From an uncultured Clostridiaceae bacterium (GTDB lineage Bacteria; Bacillota; Clostridia; Lutisporales; Lutisporaceae), in the NCBI GenBank assembly GCA_964574195.1, contig CAZNMO010000009.1, positions 1 through 45,346 of the forward strand: a DNA stretch of 45,346 bases. The letters are read 5' to 3'. How positions within the stretch are numbered: the stretch's first letter is position 1; every line of letters begins with the position of its first letter. The translations under genes and the position numbers were made by a program. This document shows positions 40,476 to 45,346 of this stretch, piece after piece. The notes beneath the pieces were generated by a model. It ran no database searches, was not told where the DNA came from, and saw only the letters and a list, made by a program, of their open reading frames with translations.

Positions 40476-40716
40476 ATGTTTGCTCCTTTCTCTGTACTAC
40501 TCGGACAATGTCAACGTAGTAGACTGTGAAAGCTCCTTGTACGTCTGACTCTTGCATAATAACATGCGTATCATAAAGCTCCAATATACGCCCAAATTGA
40601 TACTTCCCCTTTCTATCCAGAAGTATATAGGTATCTCCAACGACTAACTCAACCTTGCCTTCAGGCTCTTGTGTGACGAAAGCGCTGACTCTTACTTCCA
40701 CATTCCCATGATACAT
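40447..40716 (-). CDS. hypothetical protein
   Basis: Track ORF. Its 3' end overlaps the next gene by 29 nt. Confidence 0.5.
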   Translation of the reverse strand: MYHGNVEVRVSAFVTQEPEGKVELVVGDTYILLDRKGKYQFGRILELYDTHVIMQESDVQGAFTVYYVDIVRVVQRKEQTYERVSAQEG

Positions 40717-40882
40717 TCAATCATCGCCCTTCCAGAAATTGTTCACGTTGGCGTTCTTCTAAGTCGTCCAATCCATGTGATGGCTCCATCATATCACTCC
40801 TTCAATCAGGTTCGCAAACACTACAATAACAGTAACAAGTAAGATAAATCCTAGTACAATACCTATACGCTCTCTGTTCATA

Positions 40883-41275
40883 CTAGTGATGGCTACCAGG
40901 CAGCGAGAATAACCGCTTTATGTCCTCTGGCTTATGACCATCCCATTTAGGTGCTCGCTCTAGCTCTCTTACAACGAACATATCCCAGAACTCCTTATGA
41001 TAATGATATGAGTAATCGCCTTTTGGAGTCGTTATCCCCACTATGAAGTAATTCTCATACATATCGCCCTCGTGATGTAGCTTAGACTTCCAAGCCTTGA
41101 GTGGGTTCTGATTACAGATAATAGCAAACAGCACCATACGATGATAATACAGTTCATCAAACGTATGGTAGCCGTCACTCACCTGGCCAATCGTTGTGAA
41201 CCCAAAGTCCTCAAACACGTTTGTGACTTCTCTGTCTCCTTGCTCCAGCCATCCTACTAGCTGCTTCAGATTCAT
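40883..41275 (-). CDS. WDGH-motif hypothetical protein
   Basis: ATG at 41273-41275 (ATGA overlap). Motifs DGYHTFDELYYHR..SYHY..APKWDGH. Confidence 0.55.
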   Translation of the reverse strand: MNLKQLVGWLEQGDREVTNVFEDFGFTTIGQVSDGYHTFDELYYHRMVLFAIICNQNPLKAWKSKLHHEGDMYENYFIVGITTPKGDYSYHYHKEFWDMFVVRELERAPKWDGHKPEDIKRLFSLPGSHH

Positions 41276-41457
41276 AGCTCCAACTTCCCTTCTATCGTAA
41301 TTTTGTGTAAAGGAGCTTCTGGAAGTTGTACTACACTCGTACTCCCACATTTAAAACACGCAACAACTTGAGTCTTACCTTTCCCAACAGTAAAATCGTA
41401 TTCAGCTAGTACCAATTCACAGGTCTGCTCCTTACATTTATAACAAAAGGCAGTCAT
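41272..41457 (-). CDS. zinc-ribbon protein
   Basis: Cys pairs CYKCKEQ...CFKCGS. GGGAGGA SD. Confidence 0.6.
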   Translation of the reverse strand: MTAFCYKCKEQTCELVLAEYDFTVGKGKTQVVACFKCGSTSVVQLPEAPLHKITIEGKLEL

Positions 41458-42014
41458 AGCAATTTATCCTCCCAATCTCGCCCATATTTCATAAAAAGTT
41501 TATTCCGCAAGTCGTTGTATTCGTTACGCCATTTGATTCGCTCACGGTCTGCCCTGTTATATTGACGTTCTAGGTGTTGAACTACCGTAGGCTTGTTACT
41601 TCTTATGAGCTTGTCTGCTTCTCTTGATAGAGAGCGTATTAAGGAGCTTTTAAGAATCTCTTCATCAACGCCCAGCTCCTGCTTTTTAGGTCTTTTCTTT
41701 AATCGGTTTCCAACATAGACTCCTATATGTGACGGTATCTCATCTTTCACCTTCTCATACAGTTCGTCTGTCAGTACAAAGTAATTGTAATGGCCATGAA
41801 AAGAGAGCTTGGCTTTACTTCTGAAGTCAGACAAGCTCGACTTTATCTCATAGCAGCGCCAGATGCCTTTAGTGTCGTATGTAATATAGTCAACACGTTC
41901 GCTCCCATACCACCCAATCGTCACCTCATAGCATGCAAATACGCCTTGTTTCTTAGTAGCGTTGTATATGTCTCGCTCTAACTGTAGTGTTGCTTCATTC
42001 TTCGCCACCTTCAT
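41454..42014 (-). CDS. PD-(D/E)XK-fold nuclease-like protein (MmcB-like)
   Basis: ERVDYITYD...CYEIKSS gives the D...ExK arrangement. The start codon is uncertain. Confidence 0.45.
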   Translation of the reverse strand: MKVAKNEATLQLERDIYNATKKQGVFACYEVTIGWYGSERVDYITYDTKGIWRCYEIKSSLSDFRSKAKLSFHGHYNYFVLTDELYEKVKDEIPSHIGVYVGNRLKKRPKKQELGVDEEILKSSLIRSLSREADKLIRSNKPTVVQHLERQYNRADRERIKWRNEYNDLRNKLFMKYGRDWEDKLL

Positions 42015-42225
42015 CCTCTCCCTGTTTATAGTAACAAGAGCTGCAGCAATCGCCGTCTGTCAGCTCTCCGCTTCCACATTCACACTCTTCCAAATCATTA
42101 GCACAGTCTATACAATACAGAGTCCCATCAATAGTCTTGATGGTATCTCCTTCCTTCTCATCCTTGAAGATTCTTTGGTGACAATGGAAGCACCATCGCC
42201 ACTCATATTTCTCCTCCATAGTCAC
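41995..42225 (-). CDS. Cys-rich protein
   Basis: Cys motifs CFHCHQ..CIDC..CECG..CCSSC. Confidence 0.55.
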   Translation of the reverse strand: MTMEEKYEWRWCFHCHQRIFKDEKEGDTIKTIDGTLYCIDCANDLEECECGSGELTDGDCCSSCYYKQGEDEGGEE

Positions 42226-42422
42226 CCTTCCTCTCTATGTCGGTTCAGTATTTTATCAGCCACATACTTGGCCATGCCTGCCTTAATCTCATCAGTAAAC
42301 ACTACGTCACGTGGCAGCCCTACAGAATCAAGATACTCCCTGGAATACTTCACTATGTCTCCGCTCTGTAAGGTTTCTCTCATATTGATTACTGTCTGTG
42401 CAAACACATCATGTTGACTCAT
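42222..42422 (-). CDS. hypothetical protein
   Basis: ATGA-coupled ORF. Confidence 0.55.
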   Translation of the reverse strand: MSQHDVFAQTVINMRETLQSGDIVKYSREYLDSVGLPRDVVFTDEIKAGMAKYVADKILNRHREEG

Positions 42423-42886
42423 ACAACTCCCCTCCCTTCTCGTATGAGCTTATAGAACAGCTCTTCATCCTTATTCAGCAGAGCCTGGTCGATTAAGTAT
42501 TCATAGTTCTTCTTCTCTAATGTTTCTATAAGCTTTTTACTCTCATACAAGTATAATGGATACTCGGAACTTGTATTGTGCGGGCTACCTGATGTTGAAC
42601 AGCTCTTGAGAATCGGTTCAAGGTGTTCGTGTATATTCGATATGAGCATGAGCTGGTATAATGGCATACGTATGAACCTATTGCCCTTCTGGAATACAAA
42701 CACTTCAGACATATTCTCAATCTGTCCAGTATCCATATTGATTATCATTTCCTTTCCCTCTATGGGTATGAAATGAAACAGCTCTCCTTCTTTCATCACA
42801 GTAAAGTATTGGTAGGCAAACACTAGTCGTAGCTTATTGCCTTTCACCTTAGTGTGGAATGGCTTCATGTATTGGACTTGTATCAT
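42419..42886 (-). CDS. IDEAL-domain protein
   Basis: The C-terminal IDQALLNKDEELFYKL matches the IDEAL motif found in Bacillus YpiB-type proteins. Confidence 0.5.
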   Translation of the reverse strand: MIQVQYMKPFHTKVKGNKLRLVFAYQYFTVMKEGELFHFIPIEGKEMIINMDTGQIENMSEVFVFQKGNRFIRMPLYQLMLISNIHEHLEPILKSCSTSGSPHNTSSEYPLYLYESKKLIETLEKKNYEYLIDQALLNKDEELFYKLIREGRGVV

Positions 42887-43137
42887 ACTTTGTCCCCCTC
42901 ATCTATCCAGTTTCCAAGATGTTCTGTCTTGAACAGCTTCTCATAGCAACCTCTACATAACCGCTTCTTGCCTTTCTGGAAGTATGTTCGTTCCTCACGT
43001 GTTGTCTCTCTAATAACAAGAGCTTTCGCATCATGGTTCATATTCTCTGTCATAATGCTGATTGTCTTGCCGCAATCCTTACAGCCCACCATACCACGAG
43101 TAACACATTTTCTCCATCCTGATAAGTTATCACTCAT
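42883..43137 (-). CDS. zinc-ribbon protein
   Basis: Cys pairs CKDCGKT...CRGC. Confidence 0.55.
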   Translation of the reverse strand: MSDNLSGWRKCVTRGMVGCKDCGKTISIMTENMNHDAKALVIRETTREERTYFQKGKKRLCRGCYEKLFKTEHLGNWIDEGDKV

Positions 43138-43858
43138 TCACAACGTCCTCCTCTATTGCAGCTTCATAAGCGTCGCCTAGTCCAATTGATTCATAGTAGT
43201 CCTGTGTTGCCTTCTCCATCTCAGTTATTACTTCCATATGTTGCTCCTCTGGAATGTACTTCAACATGATAACTAAGATAGCAGCCTCACGAGCAGCTTC
43301 ACGCAGTCTGATTTCTTCTAGTCCGTATGTTGTAATGCCTCCATGCGCTCCGCCTGTCAGCTTGTGCTTCAGCTCAATCGCTTTCAAGAAGTCCTTCGGC
43401 GCTATGGCTTCCATATTCAGTAGTGTCTCATAGCCTTTCTGCATTACAGCATCCAATAGCTCCATATCAGACTTCAGCTTGTCCACTGTCAGGTTCGCAG
43501 CCTTTCTGTCCTGTACAAGCTTCTCATCAGCTCTCTTCTGCTTACCTGTCTTGTATCGTTGCGAGTCCACCTTCACACCCTGTTTAGCAGGTCGTTGTTC
43601 AGGCTTCTTCTTACCCACATTGGTTCTAGGCTGTGTGCGCTTATCCATCACTTGCTCCATCTGTATGTCTTTCACAATCGCTTCCTTACGTCTCTTAGCA
43701 TACGTATACACCGTTGGTGTGCTTATATCAATTCCGTTTTCTCTAATCCATTCAGCACACTGGTTCGCAGAGATACCATCATCCAACATCTTGTCCAGAA
43801 ATGGTCTCTTGTTCCATTGCAATAGCTCCTCAAGCTTAGTCATCTGTTTCTTTTTCAT
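43130..43858 (-). CDS. HTH DNA-binding protein (regulator or small-terminase-like; function unresolved)
   Basis: ATG at 43856-43858 after GGAGGTTG. N-terminal HTH-like ISANQCAEWIRENGIDISTPTVYTYAKRR followed by a basic linker. Sits next to the TTTTAAA array. Confidence 0.5.
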   Translation of the reverse strand: MKKKQMTKLEELLQWNKRPFLDKMLDDGISANQCAEWIRENGIDISTPTVYTYAKRRKEAIVKDIQMEQVMDKRTQPRTNVGKKKPEQRPAKQGVKVDSQRYKTGKQKRADEKLVQDRKAANLTVDKLKSDMELLDAVMQKGYETLLNMEAIAPKDFLKAIELKHKLTGGAHGGITTYGLEEIRLREAAREAAILVIMLKYIPEEQHMEVITEMEKATQDYYESIGLGDAYEAAIEEDVVNE

Positions 43859-43901
43859 GTTTAACAACCTCCATGCACATTCTGTATTGTACATAATATC
43901 C

Positions 43902-44106
43902 TTTTAAGACTTTGTGTCGTTTTAAAGGTAGGCTGTTTTAAAACATGATTCTTTTAAAGCTCATATATGGTTGTGTTCCTATAAGAAAAGCGCCACATAT
44001 CTTTAAACAGCAGATACATAGCGCCTTTAAAACTCTTTTAAAACATAGTGTGCAGTCTATGTCAGCGTATGGGTGTATGAACGTTTTTAAAGCCTATCTT
44101 TTAAAA
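43902..44106. repeat. array of nine (C/G)TTTTAAA(A/G) sites
   Basis: Sites start at 43902, 43920, 43936, 43952, 44002, 44026, 44036, 44084 and 44099. Intergenic, directly upstream of the HTH gene 43130..43858. Confidence 0.8.
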
Positions 44107-44249
44107 GCTACATACTGTGCTAGCTTATGAATACTATCCATAGTTCTTCCATGTAGGATAATCAACCACGCTACCGCTAAAGCCATAACCCATTTAGGCG
44201 TCAGTATGAGTACAGTAGCGAATAATATGAACCATACTAGTCTTACCAT
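44094..44249 (-). CDS. small membrane protein (51 aa)
   Basis: ATG at 44247-44249 after GAGAGGGGAG. Confidence 0.5.
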   Translation of the reverse strand: MVRLVWFILFATVLILTPKWVMALAVAWLIILHGRTMDSIHKLAQYVAFKR

Positions 44250-44250
44250 G

Positions 44251-44484
44251 TTACTCCCCTCTCTTACTTCTGATATGTTTTTGTAACTCTTCAGGTAGTG
44301 ACTCATAGTCTACTTCTGATTCTACTTTCTCAACAGGCGGTTCGAATCCATCTACAGAGATAATAAGATTACATAGCTTCTCTGCTTTGTCGCATAGGTC
44401 TAGGATTTCAATTGGGTCGAAAGCTCCTTGTTTTGTATCGTTACGTACAGAAGCGATTAAATCATATAACGTTAATGGTTGCAT
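44251..44484 (-). CDS. hypothetical protein
   Basis: ATG at 44482-44484 after TGGAGGA. Confidence 0.55.
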   Translation of the reverse strand: MQPLTLYDLIASVRNDTKQGAFDPIEILDLCDKAEKLCNLIISVDGFEPPVEKVESEVDYESLPEELQKHIRSKRGE

Positions 44485-44485
44485 G

Positions 44486-44860
44486 TTAGTCCTCCAGTCT
44501 TGGGTCATAATTTATGATATTGATTCCAATTAGATACTTTGCGCAGTCTTCTAAGTCAATATGAACTGTTCTTCCGTCTGGATACTGGAATATGAGGCTT
44601 TCTATCTCCTTATGCGTAACGTCCTCATCATCTTCATCGTAGAACACGCAGTGTAGCTTATTCAGAACGTTATCGAATGGAGCTGACATGCCTGTTTCAA
44701 AGTCAGTGCACATTGTTTCTCCGCCTACAGCATCCCCTCCCATAGTCGTTTCAAACTGAGCGAATGCATCCTGGTACTGGAAGTAATATCTCAATGTGTG
44801 AACTTGATTGAAGTTGTATGTTTCCTCTGGGTCATAATACTCCATTTTCTTTTCCATCAT
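44486..44860 (-). CDS. acidic hypothetical protein
   Basis: AGGAGGGAA SD. Rich in D/E. Confidence 0.6.
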   Translation of the reverse strand: MMEKKMEYYDPEETYNFNQVHTLRYYFQYQDAFAQFETTMGGDAVGGETMCTDFETGMSAPFDNVLNKLHCVFYDEDDEDVTHKEIESLIFQYPDGRTVHIDLEDCAKYLIGINIINYDPRLED

Positions 44861-44869
44861 TGTTCCCTC

Positions 44870-45070
44870 CTATCGTAACATTAATAACATAAATACATAG
44901 AATAATATCAGCGTTATGGCAGAGCTTGCTATTGTTCCTATTCTCTTACTAGTTGACATTAATGTTATGTCTTCACTCACCCATAGCGATACTGTTACAA
45001 TTACGCTTATTACCAAAAGTATAAGAACCATTACCGTGTTTGCTGTTTGAAGTGCTGTAGATGTTATCAT
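44870..45070 (-). CDS. small membrane protein
   Basis: Two TM segments. GGGGAGGGA SD. Downstream of motif 45091-45122. Confidence 0.6.
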   Translation of the reverse strand: MITSTALQTANTVMVLILLVISVIVTVSLWVSEDITLMSTSKRIGTIASSAITLILFYVFMLLMLR

Positions 45071-45090
45071 TTCTATCCCTCCCCTATACC

Positions 45091-45122
45091 TAAATAAACC
45101 CTTTACTATGAAAAATACTCCT
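45091..45122 (-). promoter_or_regulatory. class-II motif AGGAGT-N18-TTTATTTA
   Basis: AGGAGT sits in the 3' arm of hairpin 45109-45140. Confidence 0.5.
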
Positions 45123-45140
45123 CACGTATGTGAAGAGTAT
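45109..45140 (-). terminator. hairpin + T-run
   Basis: ATACTCTTCAC-atac-GTGAGGAGTAT followed by TTTTTCAT. Confidence 0.55.
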
Positions 45141-45146
45141 GTTTGT

Positions 45147-45346
45147 TTATAAGTTGTAAGCTCTAATACTGTTCAGCTGTTCCTCTATGTCCATAGATAA
45201 GTTATATACTTCCTCTATCCTGTCTGGCTTCTTATCATACGCCTTGACAAAGTCTCTAACATCATTGCCTGGCATTATATACATAGGGTAGTTCTCCTCA
45301 TCAAAGTCGTCGTAAGCGATTATGACGTGGGTTGCTCCTTTATCTA
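45147..45346 (-). CDS. hypothetical protein (partial; N-terminus beyond window end)
   Basis: Open frame from the window edge to the TAA at 45147-45149 (..EEQLNSIRAYNL*), followed by hairpin 45109-45140. Confidence 0.5.
   Translation of the reverse strand, partial: DKGATHVIIAYDDFDEENYPMYIMPGNDVRDFVKAYDKKPDRIEEVYNLSMDIEEQLNSIRAYNL

Noticed and set aside
41962-42417. Plus-strand ORF (151 aa)
   Set aside because: It spans three well-supported coupled minus-strand genes and has no SD.
43130-43858. Calling the HTH protein a small terminase subunit
   Set aside because: The only evidence is an N-terminal HTH and a nearby repeat array. The gene lies about 25 kb from terL and has no diagnostic motif, so I kept it as a generic DNA-binding protein.
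43479-43907. Plus-strand ORFs 43479..43907 and 43559..43825
   Set aside because: They are antisense to the HTH protein gene and have no translation signals.
1-45346. Search for tRNA/rRNA genes, CRISPR arrays, integrase/transposase genes or prophage att sites
   Set aside because: I saw no cloverleaf-compatible conserved arms, no regularly spaced direct repeats with unique spacers, and no recombinase motifs. The repeats present are promoter or regulatory cassettes.

Overview
This window looks like one contiguous piece of a large virulent phage of a low-GC Firmicute (Bacillus-type). The host call is an inference from sigma-A-type promoters, strong GGAGG Shine-Dalgarno sites, a LysM endolysin, and XhlA-like and IDEAL-domain proteins. 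I support about 100 tightly packed genes, all on the minus strand. Every plus-strand ORF in the track looks like an antisense shadow. About 15 short genes missing from the ORF track fill the apparent gaps.

Recognisable functions:
- PhoH-like ATPase
- membrane-anchored 3D-domain cell-wall hydrolase
- lysis cassette (Amidase_3 + 2xLysM endolysin, then a phi-LC3-type holin)
- SNF2 helicase
- XhlA-like protein
- DHH/DHHA1 phosphoesterase
- NudF-like ADP-ribose pyrophosphatase
- sigma-70-family factor with a long C-terminal extension
- GpA-like large terminase
- thioredoxin
- SAM methyltransferase
- putative R-S-ExE ADP-ribosyltransferase
- lipoprotein
- PnuC + HTH-less NadR (nicotinamide riboside uptake and conversion to NAD+)
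- AP2-domain and Myb-like DNA binders
- PD-(D/E)XK nuclease

The non-coding layer is highly structured:
- about 17 sigma-A-type promoters, most embedded in a reiterated promoter/5'UTR/RBS cassette
- 11 copies of a second bipartite motif, (A/G)GGAGT-N18/19-TTTATTTA, resembling SPO1 middle promoters
- a ~100-bp near-identical AT-rich element upstream of both the endolysin and the terminase genes
- a nine-site TTTTAAA array

No tRNA, rRNA, CRISPR array, integrase or transposase was seen. All function calls come from motifs read by eye, and no database search was run.
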